Shown one piece after another: positions 25,426 to 35,758 of a stretch of 64,000 nucleotides of DNA; within the stretch, counting starts at the first letter, position 1, and every line of letters starts with the position of its first letter. The notes under the pieces were generated by a model, which was not told where the DNA came from, made no database searches, and saw nothing but the letters and a program-made list of their open reading frames with translations. The stretch comes from an uncultured bacterium (GTDB lineage: Bacteria; Chlamydiota; Chlamydiia; Chlamydiales; SM23-39): assembly GCA_964351495.1 (NCBI GenBank), contig CAYGOC010000008.1, positions 15,408-79,407 on the forward strand. Direction: 5' to 3'. The translations under genes and the position numbers were made by a program.

Positions 25426-26574
25426 ATGAGAAATGCATTGAAGATTCTACCCTCAAACCGAGGCTCTAAGACAGAACGGGAAGAAAAGATCCTTTTAGGG
25501 GTTGTGGAGCTTTTTATACAAAGCTACAAACCGATAGGATCTAACACCCTAAAAGAGAACGGATTCGAAGATTTAAGTTCGGCTACTATTCGAAACTACT
25601 TTTGCAAGCTAGAAAAAGATGGGTATCTAATCCAACAACATTCTTCCGGGGGAAGAATCCCTACTGCCAAGGGGTTTCGTTTTTTTGCCAATCACATTCT
25701 ACAAGAGGGAAAAATAAAAAAGGAGACAGAAAAAAAGCTCTCTCTTTTTTTAGACAAAGAGACCCCTAAAATTCATGATTATATTCAAAAATCGGCCGAG
25801 TTTTTAAGTGAGATGCTCTTTGCCCCTATTGTTCTTTCAGAGCCCCTTTTAGAGATGGACTCTATACAAACAGTAAAGTTTTTTCCTTTAGATACGGAAA
25901 AAATGGCTGCTGTCATCTTTACAGGATATGGAATTACCCATACAGAAACGCTATTTTCTCCGAGGCCTTTTTCAGAAAAAGACCTGGCTTACTTAGAGGC
26001 TTACTTTTCCTGGAGGCTCGCTAAAGGAGAAAAACCTGTAGAAGAAGGAGAACTATTAAAGTGGTCTCAAAGGATGTACAATGAACTTTTGATGCGTCAC
26101 CTAGCGCACAGATCTACTTCCTCTTTTTATGCAACGGGGATTTCCAAGCTTTTACACTATCCGGAATGTACCGATACTTCTTACCTTGCTAAAGCTCTCT
26201 CTTTTTTTGAGAATAAGGCTGCTTTAAAAACGTTTTTACAAAAAGGCTTACGAGAAAAAAAGCTCTGTTTTTTTATCGGAGATGATCTCTCTTTTTGTAT
26301 GCCTATCTCTTCTGAATTTTCTGTTATTTCCGTTCCTTATAAAATCGGTCCTTCTTATTTAGGTGTGATTCTTCTTTTTGCTCCTATGAGGATCTCGTAT
26401 AAGACTATTTTTCCCATTTTACAAAGGTTTTCTGAACTTCTCTCTGAAAACTTAACGAAGAACGTATACAAATACCAAATTCCTTTTAACCAAGACGTAA
26501 ACCAAGAGGAGAAAAACCCTCTTTTTACCCCTTATTCTTCTATTTTACTAGAAGATAAAGGAACCCAAAAATAG
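25426..26574 (+). CDS. hrcA: heat-inducible transcription repressor HrcA
   Basis: 382 aa. N-terminal wHTH (KPIGSNTLKE..LSSATIRNYFCKLEKDGYLIQQHSSGGRIPT). Sits upstream of grpE-dnaK with CIRCE in front. Confidence 0.9.
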   Translation: MRNALKILPSNRGSKTEREEKILLGVVELFIQSYKPIGSNTLKENGFEDLSSATIRNYFCKLEKDGYLIQQHSSGGRIPTAKGFRFFANHILQEGKIKKETEKKLSLFLDKETPKIHDYIQKSAEFLSEMLFAPIVLSEPLLEMDSIQTVKFFPLDTEKMAAVIFTGYGITHTETLFSPRPFSEKDLAYLEAYFSWRLAKGEKPVEEGELLKWSQRMYNELLMRHLAHRSTSSFYATGISKLLHYPECTDTSYLAKALSFFENKAALKTFLQKGLREKKLCFFIGDDLSFCMPISSEFSVISVPYKIGPSYLGVILLFAPMRISYKTIFPILQRFSELLSENLTKNVYKYQIPFNQDVNQEEKNPLFTPYSSILLEDKGTQK

Positions 26575-26583
26575 GAGCAAACC

Positions 26584-27156
26584 ATGCAAGATATGGAAAA
26601 AGAAATGAAACAAAAGGAAAACAGCCCTCTTCCTGAAGAGTCTAAAGATAGCGCTCCCCAAAAGCCAACTCTTGAAGAAGAGCTTCAAGAGTATAAAGAC
26701 AAGTACTTTCGCCTTTTGGCAGAATTGGAAAATACCAGAAAACGCCTTTATAAAGAAAAAACAGAGCAGCTCCGGTTTAACACAGAGAAGACAATTTCTG
26801 ATTTTTTACCGATTATCGACAACTTTGAACAAGCTCTCTCTCATGCAGAGAAAAGCTCGGAAGAGGTAAAAAACTGGGCTATTGGATTTCATATGTTTGT
26901 AAATCAGCTAAAAGAGCTTTTAGAAAATCATGGAATTATCCCTTTTTCTTCTGAGGGAACGATTTTCAATCCGCACCTGCACGAGGCGGTAGAAAGCCAT
27001 GAAACAGAAGAACATCCAGAAGGGCTCATTTTACAAGAGTTTTCCAGGGGATATAAAAGCGGAGAGAGAACTCTTCGCCCTGCTAGAGTGAAGGTAGCTA
27101 AGAAACCTTCCCCTAAAGAAGAATTAGAACAAAAACAAGAACAAGAAAAGGAGTAA
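26584..27156 (+). CDS. grpE: nucleotide exchange factor GrpE
   Basis: 190 aa. [39 protein letters not shown]. Confidence 0.92.
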   Translation: MQDMEKEMKQKENSPLPEESKDSAPQKPTLEEELQEYKDKYFRLLAELENTRKRLYKEKTEQLRFNTEKTISDFLPIIDNFEQALSHAEKSSEEVKNWAIGFHMFVNQLKELLENHGIIPFSSEGTIFNPHLHEAVESHETEEHPEGLILQEFSRGYKSGERTLRPARVKVAKKPSPKEELEQKQEQEKE

Positions 27157-27161
27157 AAAAT

Positions 27162-29099
27162 ATGACCCAAAAAAATAAAAAACGGATTATTGGGATAGAC
27201 CTGGGTACTACAAACTCCTGCGTAGCTATTATGGAAGGGGGCACGGCTACTGTGATAGCTAGTGCAGAAGGAACTCGTACTACTCCTTCTATTATTGCCT
27301 ACAAAGGAAAAGAAAAGTTAACAGGGATTCCCGCAAAAAGACAAGCGGTTACCAACCCGGAAAATACACTAGCCTCTACAAAACGCTTCATTGGAAGAAA
27401 ACGAGATGAAGTAGAAGAGGAAATTAAAACTGTTCCTTATAAGGTAACCAAAAATGCCAATGGCGATGCGGTTTTTGAAGTACAAGGAAAAATCGTAACT
27501 CCGGAAGAGGCTGCTGCCCAAATCTTAATTAAGATGAAAGAAACAGCAGAACACTACCTAGGAGAAAAAGTAACTGAGGCAGTAATTACTGTACCTGCTT
27601 ACTTTAACGATTCTCAAAGACAGTCTACTAAAGATGCAGGAAGAATTGCAGGACTCGACGTAAAAAGAATTATTCCGGAGCCTACTGCAGCAGCTTTAGC
27701 ATACGGACTTGATAAAAAAACCGATAAAAAAATTGCCGTATACGACCTAGGGGGAGGAACCTTTGATATTTCTATCCTGGAAATTGGGGATGGAGTTTTC
27801 GAGGTTCTTGCAACTAACGGAGATACCCATCTTGGAGGGGATGACTTTGATAACGTAATCATCCATTACCTTTTAGATGAATTTAAGAAAGAAAACGGGA
27901 TTGATCTTGCTAAAGATAAGATGGCCCTTCAAAGGCTGAAAGACGCTGCGGAAAAAGCAAAAATTGAGCTTTCCGGAACCTCTTCTACAGAGATCAACCA
28001 ACCCTTTATTACTATGGATGCTTCGGGACCAAAACACCTTTCTTTGACTTTGACAAGAGCAAAACTAGAGAGTCTCTGTCATGATCTAATAGAAAGAACG
28101 CTACAGCCTTGCTTAAATGCGTTAAAAGATGCAGGTCTTTCTAAAGATCAGATCGACGATGTGGTCTTAGTAGGTGGTATGACCCGTATGCCGTCTGTTC
28201 AACAAAAGGTACAAGAGATCTTTGGAAAAGAGCCCCATAAAGGGGTAAATCCGGATGAAGCGGTTGCCTGTGGAGCTGCCATCCAAGGAGGAATCATAGG
28301 AGGAGATGTAAAAGATGTGCTTCTTCTAGACGTAGTACCTTTAACGCTTGGTATTGAGACTTTAGGAGGCGTGCTTACTCCTCTTATTGAAAGAAACACC
28401 ACAATTCCTACCAAAAAGACCCAAGTCTTTTCTACAGCGACAGACAACCAACCCGCTGTTACCATTGTAGTTCTCCAAGGAGAAAGACCGATGGCGAAAG
28501 ACAACAAAGAGGTGGGAAGGTTTGACCTCACGGACATTCCTCCTGCTCCTAGAGGAACGCCTCAAATCGAGGTCTCTTTTGATATCGACGCAGATGGTAT
28601 CTTAAACGTTTCTGCAAAAGATAAACAAAGTGGGAAAGAGCAAAAGATCCGAATCGAAGCAAAATCGGGTCTTTCTCAAGAAGAAATCGAAAGAATGGTA
28701 AAAGATGCAGAAGCCCATTCTGAAGAAGATAAAAAGAAAAAAGAGATAGCAGAGGTAGAAAACGAAGCAAACTCTCACGTGTTTAGAGCAGAGAGATCCT
28801 TGAGCGAGTATAAAGATAAACTCCCTTCTGATATCACCTCTCAAATCCAAGAAAAAATTGAGGCTACCAAAAAGGCTTTAGAAACCAAAGATACGGATCA
28901 GATTAAATTGGCTTCTAAAGAGCTGGAAAGCACCATGCAAAAAATTGGAGAAACTTTGCAAAAACAAGCCGGTGCTCAAGCTGGAGCTGCCCCTAATATG
29001 GGACAAGGCCCTCAAGCACAAGCCAGTAGCGAAAGCATCAAAAAAGCAAGGCCTCAAGAAGATATAGAAGAAGCCGAAGTGGTAGAAGAAGATAAGTAA
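27162..29099 (+). CDS. dnaK: molecular chaperone DnaK (Hsp70)
   Basis: 645 aa. [26 protein letters not shown], and [11 protein letters not shown] in place of the usual EVILVGG motif. Very close to the chlamydial DnaK as I remember it. Confidence 0.97.
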   Translation: MTQKNKKRIIGIDLGTTNSCVAIMEGGTATVIASAEGTRTTPSIIAYKGKEKLTGIPAKRQAVTNPENTLASTKRFIGRKRDEVEEEIKTVPYKVTKNANGDAVFEVQGKIVTPEEAAAQILIKMKETAEHYLGEKVTEAVITVPAYFNDSQRQSTKDAGRIAGLDVKRIIPEPTAAALAYGLDKKTDKKIAVYDLGGGTFDISILEIGDGVFEVLATNGDTHLGGDDFDNVIIHYLLDEFKKENGIDLAKDKMALQRLKDAAEKAKIELSGTSSTEINQPFITMDASGPKHLSLTLTRAKLESLCHDLIERTLQPCLNALKDAGLSKDQIDDVVLVGGMTRMPSVQQKVQEIFGKEPHKGVNPDEAVACGAAIQGGIIGGDVKDVLLLDVVPLTLGIETLGGVLTPLIERNTTIPTKKTQVFSTATDNQPAVTIVVLQGERPMAKDNKEVGRFDLTDIPPAPRGTPQIEVSFDIDADGILNVSAKDKQSGKEQKIRIEAKSGLSQEEIERMVKDAEAHSEEDKKKKEIAEVENEANSHVFRAERSLSEYKDKLPSDITSQIQEKIEATKKALETKDTDQIKLASKELESTMQKIGETLQKQAGAQAGAAPNMGQGPQAQASSESIKKARPQEDIEEAEVVEEDK

Positions 29100-29128
29100 T
29101 CTTTAGCTACCGCCCTAATCTATAAGAA

Positions 29129-29161
29129 CCCTCCCCTTAAATAAGGGGAGGGTCTTTTTTT
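29129..29161 (+). terminator. rho-independent terminator of the dnaK operon
   Basis: A GC-rich 10-bp stem CCCTCCCCTT / AAGGGGAGGG with loop AAAT, followed by TCTTTTTTT. Confidence 0.8.
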
Positions 29162-29318
29162 ATCCGACCCCCTAGCTGAGAAAACACAAAAAAAGCTAAA
29201 GATTCTAAAGGGATACAATTAGAATTCAGATCCCTATCTGAGTAGTTATGTTTTTGTCCTAGCTAGAAAACTCTTTTTTTGCTACTTCTATTAAAAGAGA
29301 TACTTTTGAGGACCTAAT

Positions 29319-29459
29319 ATGTATATACTAAAACTTCTTACTTTAAGCGTGCTTCTTTGCACAACTATCACAGCTTGCCAAAATCCTGAGAAAAAAGATA
29401 AAGAGCGCTTTACTCCAGTTCCGGGAGGAGAAGGGTGCGATAAAGAAGCAGAATATTAA
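29319..29459 (+). CDS. possible small lipoprotein (46 aa, below the ORF-track cutoff)
   Basis: MYILKLLTLSVLLCTTITACQNPEKKDKERF... has a signal-like N-terminus with a lipobox-like ITAC. A GAGGA Shine-Dalgarno lies 7 nt upstream of the ATG. Its stop overlaps the stop of the convergent 1463-aa ORF. Confidence 0.4.
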   Translation: MYILKLLTLSVLLCTTITACQNPEKKDKERFTPVPGGEGCDKEAEY

Positions 29460-32400
29460 AAAGCAACTCCTTCGTAAACTCGCGAAAGAAGGGAGAGACT
29501 CTGAAAGTGGAGCTTTCTTTTAAAAGCTCTATCAGAGTCGCTTTTTTTATAGACCACTTCTAAAGAGATCTTCTTTAAGGTAAAAGGAGAGTTTACCGAA
29601 AGAGTTACTAAGGTTCGCGTCTCTTCTAGAAGCGTTACTCTAAAAGAAATAGGAAGCTCTTCTATTCTTGCATTATTCTTATTACTATTTTTAGGAGAGG
29701 TCGCCCCACTCTTAGAAGATGTGGAAAAAGAAAATAGGTTTCTTAAAGAAGAGGAAATAGAAGAACCTTTTCCGCTTTTTGAACCTACAATAGAATAATA
29801 AATCAGCTTTTTAGGAAACGAGGTTTGGTTCTTTGTTTCTATAAAAAAAAGACCTCTTATCGTTTTTATATCTAACTCCTCAAAAGAAGGAGCAGAAAAT
29901 CCTTGTAGAATTTCTGCTGAGGAAATACTTCCATAAGGCAAAAGACTCAATGTACCATTTGGATGTACATAGTGATTGCCTCTGGCTGCTTTATGAAAAG
30001 GGGTCTCTCTTTGCATGTCACTCTTTTTCTCTTCCGAAAACTCCCCGGAATTTCTCAAAAAGCCCCCTACTTCTACATAAGCTCTTCTAGTCTCTTTTCT
30101 AATATGGATAAGAAACTCTAAGACAGCTTTAGCCTCCTTGTTAAATTTCTCTATAACAGGATGGCGTAGTAAACTCTCTGTGATCTTATAAAGCTGTTTC
30201 CTCTTTTCTTCTGTTTTAGAAAAATGGCCGCTTAAAAGAGTAGAAAAAAGCCCCTGTGCTTCAAAAAGATTTTCTTTCTCCTCTTCTGAAAGTCCTTCCG
30301 GATCTAGATATGTTTTTGTATCTTGAAAAAGCCGTTCATTTCCTTCTTGTAAAAACTGCAATTGCTCCAGTTTTTGTATAGCATCTCTTCTTTTGTGACA
30401 AGAAATGGCTTTTATAAGCTTAGTTAGCTCTTTATTTGGGCCTGCTACCTCTCTTTGAACTGTGCTCCATTTTTCTAAAATCTCCCTATTTTCTAGATAA
30501 AGCCCTCTTTCATAAAGCTCATATAACCGCTTAGCAGATGGATATAAAAGGAGAAGGTCTCTTTCAAAATCTTTTCTTTCTACTTCTTCTTCGCAAGAAA
30601 TTTTTAAAAGAGCTTGTGTCATCTTTTGTAAAAAACTTCCCAAGTAGGGTCTCATATCTTCCGGAAGAATTGCCAGATTGCTATGTACGTTTTGAACCTC
30701 ATGGGTTCGGATATTTTTAAAAGCCACCCTCAAACGAAGATGTTTTACATCCCCTACCTCTACTTCTCCCCAATCAGGAAACACCTCTACTTCACACCCT
30801 TCATAAATAGGGAAAAAGTGTCCTTTATGGGTAGAAATATGCTCTTCTGTGAATTCCGCAGTTTCGTTTTCCCATCCCTTTATAGATAATATGTCCTCTA
30901 TAGACTGGGGATTGTACCAAAACAATATCCTAAAGAAAAAACTTCTAAGTTCTAAAGTTAGATTATTTCTTCCATTTTCATCTATTTCTCCTCTTTTCTT
31001 TAAGATCCCTTGAAAAATCTCTTCTGAAATGGTGAAAAGACTCTCTTTTTCTTCTTCTATTCCCGATTCTAATGACCAATTTAAAGTAGGATCTTTTGCT
31101 AGTAATTCATATTCACTAGGACAAAGTCTTTGTAACCTAGGCTCTTCCCCTGCCTTCCCCTTTACCCATACACCCTGCGTTGCTTCATCTCTTATGAGTC
31201 GAAGTATTTCTTCCTCTAGCCTTTGTATTTCCTCTCTTGTAAAAAAAACAACCCCTTCTCTATAAAGACGAAATATTGCCTTTGACTCTCTTATATAGCT
31301 TTCCAAGACAGTGAGTAGCTCTTCACCACTAGGAAGATATCTTAGTAGGTTCAAACTCAATACGGGAGGCAAAAATCCAAAAGCCTGAGAGAGTCTCTCT
31401 ACAAACTCCCAGTTTTGGGGCTTTATTGTAAAAGAGCCCCCCTCTTCTAAAAAAATTTTATAGACACCTAAAAAACTCTGTTCTGTAATTTCGAAAATGA
31501 TGTTTTTGTTTTTTAGCTCTTCTAAAAATGAGAATACTTCTTCGATAATCTCTCTTTGTACCTTCTTACACAAAAAGTCTCCCAAAATATGAAATAAAGA
31601 AGGATCTACCCAAGAACCTACCTTTTCTTGGAAAGTTTGAAGAAACCATATAAAAATATCCTCTTTATGTACAGTCATCTCAAAATTAGCAAGTTCCTCC
31701 CAGCTTTTAGGTGGAGAAAAAAGAGTTTTTTCTATTCCTTTAAAAGAATGTCTATTCTCGGGGAAAAAAAGGGGAATTTCTATCTCAAGAGAGCTATAAA
31801 GAGTCTGTATGTTGTTTTGTATAGTTGTAAAGTTACAGTTACTATTTTTCGGAGGTGTACCGTTTACTCTACAGAAATCCACTACAATCTTTTTGGGAAA
31901 AGGGTGATTGTGTATTAAAAATGTCAGTATTTCTAAATAATGGTCTCTTGCTTCCTGACTTAAAGAACAAAAAGTATTAAAAATGGTAAAGCTTTCCCCA
32001 TCAAAAAAGGAAAGCTTTTGATTTTTCCCCATTTTTCCGGCCAGAATGTATAAGAAAGGCATGACTATGAAAAGCCCTCCTTCCCAAGGTAAAATATCCT
32101 CTTCTCTGTTCAAAAGAAGGACGATTACAAAGTTGTGGTAATCACGGAATGTGCTATGACCAGAAACACTTGTAGGCTCTTTCTGCTTTATCTTCTCAAA
32201 AGCAGCAAAGCTTTCTTCCCAGAAAAGTCCTGATTTACCTGCTTTTTCTAATAAAACATAAGCAATATTCTCTTTAGGATCTGCATTATTTACTCCAAGA
32301 TTTAACCCTGCTTCTCTAAAAGCTGTAATAGTCAAATACTGTGTCAAAAGAGGAAACACGCTACCCCTTTTTTCGGGAAACGTGTCATATAAAATCAACA

Positions 32401-33847
32401 ACTTAGCCAAAATAGGTCTATAATCTATTGTAAGATTTCCTTTATAGAAACTGGCTGGAATCTGAAACCCTATATCTTTGGTTAATATAAGCTTAAATAA
32501 GTCATCTTGGTTTTCATTACTTTGAATTGCTCTTGTCCTTTGGCTATCTATGAGACGCTTTAGTATGGTAAAAGACTCTACCCAAAATTTGATTTCTATA
32601 AGCTCATTTTTAAGCTCGGGACCTTCAAAAAAAAGATCTAAGGAAAAGTCTTCCCGGATAATTTTTTTTAACTCCCGAATAAAGAGAGCCTCTTCCTCTT
32701 TAGCTTCATATTTTCCTAGAAAACCCTCTATGAGCTTTTCTATACTCTCTTTTGGGAATAGAGAAAAAAGCAAAAGAGATCTAAAGCGCTCTACTCTTTC
32801 AAAAGCTGTTTCTGCTCCCTCTTGAAAAAAATCAGGAGGCGCTAGTCTTTCTCGTAAAGGCTCCGGCAAATGTCGTAAAAGAAAGCTCCTTTTCAAAAGC
32901 TCTTTAGTCTTTTCTAGCAAAATAGTATAAAACCCCACCTTTTCAGAAGGATTTTCTCTCTCCCATTTTCTACATACTTCCGCAAAAGAAATAGGCCCTA
33001 CTTCATAACATACCTGATCCAGTTCTTCAGGGATTAGCATCTGCTCTATTAGACTCTCTTTTGAAAACCGAGACTGAGAAAAGGTAGCTGCAATGGTTCC
33101 TATATCGCTTGGTTTTTCAGGAGGATCACAAATAGAATCCTCAAACTGTGAATCAAGCTCAACTTCTTTATAATCGTCTTTTTTTTCTTCTTCTATAGGT
33201 TTTTCAGAAGTAGTTGCTTTGCAAAATGTAAAGAGAAGGTCCCTTCTTTTTTGCATAGCAGCTTCTATACTTGCAGCCGCTTCTTTGGGGAAAAATTCTT
33301 TTTTACTAGAAACGACAATCTTTCCCAGCATGGGAGGTAAAAGAGACAAAGAGTTCTTACTAAAAAAACAGCAAAGAGCTCCTTGCTCTAAGTAACTAAT
33401 GCTAGTTACTAAAGTAGAAGCAGTAGGAAAAGCATTCTCATCTACCTGAAAAAAAGATACCCTTTGAATACCTTGCGCTAAAATCTCCCAATACGCACTA
33501 AAAACCTTCCTTACTAAATCTACTAAAGCGGCTTGCCTTTTTTTTCTCTGTTCTATTGGGGAAGAAGAGCTAAAAACACGCTTTACTATTTTCATAAAAC
33601 CCGGTGGCTCCATTTCAAAGCTTGCTGTTTTTCCTAAAGAACCTGTCCCATATTCTCGGATAAAAAGCATGGCGGCTAGTAGATTTGTTAGAGCTTTTCC
33701 TAAGATACGATTTATTCGGTTTTGTTCTGCTAGATCTTGGTTTGCCTCATGTACAGTACCACCTTTTCTCCAAAAATGGAGGAAAAGATCTGTATTTACA
33801 TGGCGTATTAATTTTCCTACAAAACCCACGCCCTGAACACTACTCAT
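29456..33847 (-). CDS. hypothetical giant protein (1463 aa), no recognisable domain
   Basis: Long uninterrupted ORF. AGGA Shine-Dalgarno inside the end of the upstream gene and an 8-nt start/stop overlap. No signal peptide or TM. Ser-rich low-complexity patch near the C-terminus. Confidence 0.8.
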   Translation of the reverse strand: MSSVQGVGFVGKLIRHVNTDLFLHFWRKGGTVHEANQDLAEQNRINRILGKALTNLLAAMLFIREYGTGSLGKTASFEMEPPGFMKIVKRVFSSSSPIEQRKKRQAALVDLVRKVFSAYWEILAQGIQRVSFFQVDENAFPTASTLVTSISYLEQGALCCFFSKNSLSLLPPMLGKIVVSSKKEFFPKEAAASIEAAMQKRRDLLFTFCKATTSEKPIEEEKKDDYKEVELDSQFEDSICDPPEKPSDIGTIAATFSQSRFSKESLIEQMLIPEELDQVCYEVGPISFAEVCRKWERENPSEKVGFYTILLEKTKELLKRSFLLRHLPEPLRERLAPPDFFQEGAETAFERVERFRSLLLFSLFPKESIEKLIEGFLGKYEAKEEEALFIRELKKIIREDFSLDLFFEGPELKNELIEIKFWVESFTILKRLIDSQRTRAIQSNENQDDLFKLILTKDIGFQIPASFYKGNLTIDYRPILAKLLILYDTFPEKRGSVFPLLTQYLTITAFREAGLNLGVNNADPKENIAYVLLEKAGKSGLFWEESFAAFEKIKQKEPTSVSGHSTFRDYHNFVIVLLLNREEDILPWEGGLFIVMPFLYILAGKMGKNQKLSFFDGESFTIFNTFCSLSQEARDHYLEILTFLIHNHPFPKKIVVDFCRVNGTPPKNSNCNFTTIQNNIQTLYSSLEIEIPLFFPENRHSFKGIEKTLFSPPKSWEELANFEMTVHKEDIFIWFLQTFQEKVGSWVDPSLFHILGDFLCKKVQREIIEEVFSFLEELKNKNIIFEITEQSFLGVYKIFLEEGGSFTIKPQNWEFVERLSQAFGFLPPVLSLNLLRYLPSGEELLTVLESYIRESKAIFRLYREGVVFFTREEIQRLEEEILRLIRDEATQGVWVKGKAGEEPRLQRLCPSEYELLAKDPTLNWSLESGIEEEKESLFTISEEIFQGILKKRGEIDENGRNNLTLELRSFFFRILFWYNPQSIEDILSIKGWENETAEFTEEHISTHKGHFFPIYEGCEVEVFPDWGEVEVGDVKHLRLRVAFKNIRTHEVQNVHSNLAILPEDMRPYLGSFLQKMTQALLKISCEEEVERKDFERDLLLLYPSAKRLYELYERGLYLENREILEKWSTVQREVAGPNKELTKLIKAISCHKRRDAIQKLEQLQFLQEGNERLFQDTKTYLDPEGLSEEEKENLFEAQGLFSTLLSGHFSKTEEKRKQLYKITESLLRHPVIEKFNKEAKAVLEFLIHIRKETRRAYVEVGGFLRNSGEFSEEKKSDMQRETPFHKAARGNHYVHPNGTLSLLPYGSISSAEILQGFSAPSFEELDIKTIRGLFFIETKNQTSFPKKLIYYSIVGSKSGKGSSISSSLRNLFSFSTSSKSGATSPKNSNKNNARIEELPISFRVTLLEETRTLVTLSVNSPFTLKKISLEVVYKKSDSDRAFKRKLHFQSLSLLSRVYEGVAF

Positions 33848-35438
33848 AATTTCCTTTAGGAGAAAAAAAGAATGTAAGAGTAGCTATAATCTGAAGTGTA
33901 TAAATATCAGGAGGCTGCTCCCTATTAAAACCGGAAACACCGATCTTTTGAAAGGTAGCTAAAGTAGAGCAAAATCCAAGAGCAAAATAAGCTAGAATAA
34001 CTGCTGTTTGCTCTCCTTGTGAAGCTCCTTTGATGGCATCGCTATTTAGTTTCATGATAGAGAGCATCACATAGTATAAAATAGCCGGATTTACATAAAA
34101 AATATCGGGAAACACAAAGAGTTTTTTGAATAAATAGTTTAATGCTCTTCTAGAACGGGAAATGTTTTCTATGTCTTGGGAGTGTCCCGAAATAGTAAGA
34201 GACCAACCTACAAGAGTTCCTAAAATACTTCCGGCTAAAAGAGCTGCCATGGCCTCTACATCGGTTTTTGCCTCTACATCATCTGCCATTTGCTGAACAG
34301 CAAACCCCCCTAAAGCCGCAAGCGGAACACAAAACAAAGTGGTATGTAAAATAAGCTTCATAATACTTGCGGCTATCTTCGAGCAAGAAGAGCCTTCTAC
34401 CCAGGAAATTTTACCGGCAAAATAATCCTTCCAAGCCCCCCCTTTTTTATCAGAAAAAGGAACCATTTTTGTATTCCGAAATTCGGGCAAATGTTCTACT
34501 CCACATCCTATCCTTGCTTTCAAAAGCTGCGCTTCATATCCATGAGAAAAGCCACACAGTATGGAGGATCCAGAGATAAGCTCTTTAGAAACATCTCCAT
34601 GAATTCCTATGATAGGAGCAAATCCCGCAGCCTGTAAATAGGGAGAATACGAGCTAAATATAATAGAGATCTTTTCCCCTTGCGGAAATAGATTTAAAAT
34701 CCGATACAAAAGCCTTCCTGCAAGACTTGCAGGAAAATACAGCATCAAAAACTCTAAAATATTTTTTAAAAGAGGTTCTTTTACAACCACCTGCCCCATA
34801 GTGCCCGATAAAATAGAAAGACATACTAAAATAAGAGTATCTATTTCTTCGCAAGGCCCTTTTTTACGTCTCTCTTGTACAGAAGTTAGTGTCTCAGAAA
34901 GTGAAAGCGAACCGGATATTGCATGTTCTGAGCTTTCCTTAAGGCTTTCATAGTTTTGTCCATTCACCTGTTGTGTGGCACTTCTACCCACACTAGGACG
35001 GCAATTACGAAGTGCCTTAACAAAGGCCAGTATCTCTTCTCTAAAAACAACCCCTGCAGAAGCTACTGTAGCTATATTTGTTGCTCTCACTGGTATCCAA
35101 TCGTTGTACCCTGCCTCGGTCATAACAAAGAAGATTGTAGGAGAAAAAGCTCTAATAAAAAGGCTTATTCTTTCTAAAACCATCTCTTGTCTTCCTTTAT
35201 GACTAGTGCTCATAAGACTGTTTCTTTTTTCTGGTTGAATCACTCTAACTCCATGCTCAAAGGCTCCCCAGCCAAAAAACCCCGTGAAAAAATCGGCTAT
35301 AATCTTGAAGGCAGGACTGCCAATATTACCTGTTCTAAGAGCAATAAGGGCACCGGAAGCTCCCGCTTCCAAAACAAAATAAACTCCTTGTTGTGGAGAA
35401 ATAGTGCACCCAGAGCAATTTCCAGAAATTCTACCCAT
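33840..35438 (-). CDS. hypothetical polytopic membrane protein (532 aa), first gene of an operon with the 1463-aa ORF
   Basis: Several hydrophobic segments (e.g. VYFVLEAGASGALIAL, FKIIADFFTGFFGWGAF, LILVCLSILSGTMG, LHTTLFCVPLAALGGFAV, AALLAGSILGTLVGW, VILAYFALGFCSTLA). AGGA-type Shine-Dalgarno upstream. No family recognised. Confidence 0.72.
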   Translation of the reverse strand: MGRISGNCSGCTISPQQGVYFVLEAGASGALIALRTGNIGSPAFKIIADFFTGFFGWGAFEHGVRVIQPEKRNSLMSTSHKGRQEMVLERISLFIRAFSPTIFFVMTEAGYNDWIPVRATNIATVASAGVVFREEILAFVKALRNCRPSVGRSATQQVNGQNYESLKESSEHAISGSLSLSETLTSVQERRKKGPCEEIDTLILVCLSILSGTMGQVVVKEPLLKNILEFLMLYFPASLAGRLLYRILNLFPQGEKISIIFSSYSPYLQAAGFAPIIGIHGDVSKELISGSSILCGFSHGYEAQLLKARIGCGVEHLPEFRNTKMVPFSDKKGGAWKDYFAGKISWVEGSSCSKIAASIMKLILHTTLFCVPLAALGGFAVQQMADDVEAKTDVEAMAALLAGSILGTLVGWSLTISGHSQDIENISRSRRALNYLFKKLFVFPDIFYVNPAILYYVMLSIMKLNSDAIKGASQGEQTAVILAYFALGFCSTLATFQKIGVSGFNREQPPDIYTLQIIATLTFFFSPKGNYE

Positions 35439-35758
35439 GAAAAATATCCTTATTTATAAAAAATCTGGGTGGATTTTAAAAAAACAACTTTCTTTTTGCA
35501 ATTTTTTTTTGAAAAGTTTTTAAATAAAAGAGAATTTAGTTAAATTTTTTTTTGAAAAAATAACACTCTAGTTAAGTTAAGTAGAAAAGCTTTACCTTTT
35601 AGACAAAAGCGAATCTCCTTTGAATCAAAGAAATTTTCTGGTGGGCCTATTTCCGTAGCTATCCTTAAAGATAGCGCAAACAAGGACTTTATTTCTTTTG
35701 GGATCCAGTTTCTAGTATAGCTTGCAAAAAAATATTTTTTTTATTACCAGCTTGTTTT

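Noticed and set aside
29456-29560. The C-terminal ...RVYEGVAF of the 1463-aa protein resembles an outer-membrane beta-barrel terminal Phe signature (autotransporter idea).
   Set aside because: There is no N-terminal signal peptide and no alternating-hydrophobic beta-signal pattern upstream of the terminal Phe. A single terminal Phe is not evidence.
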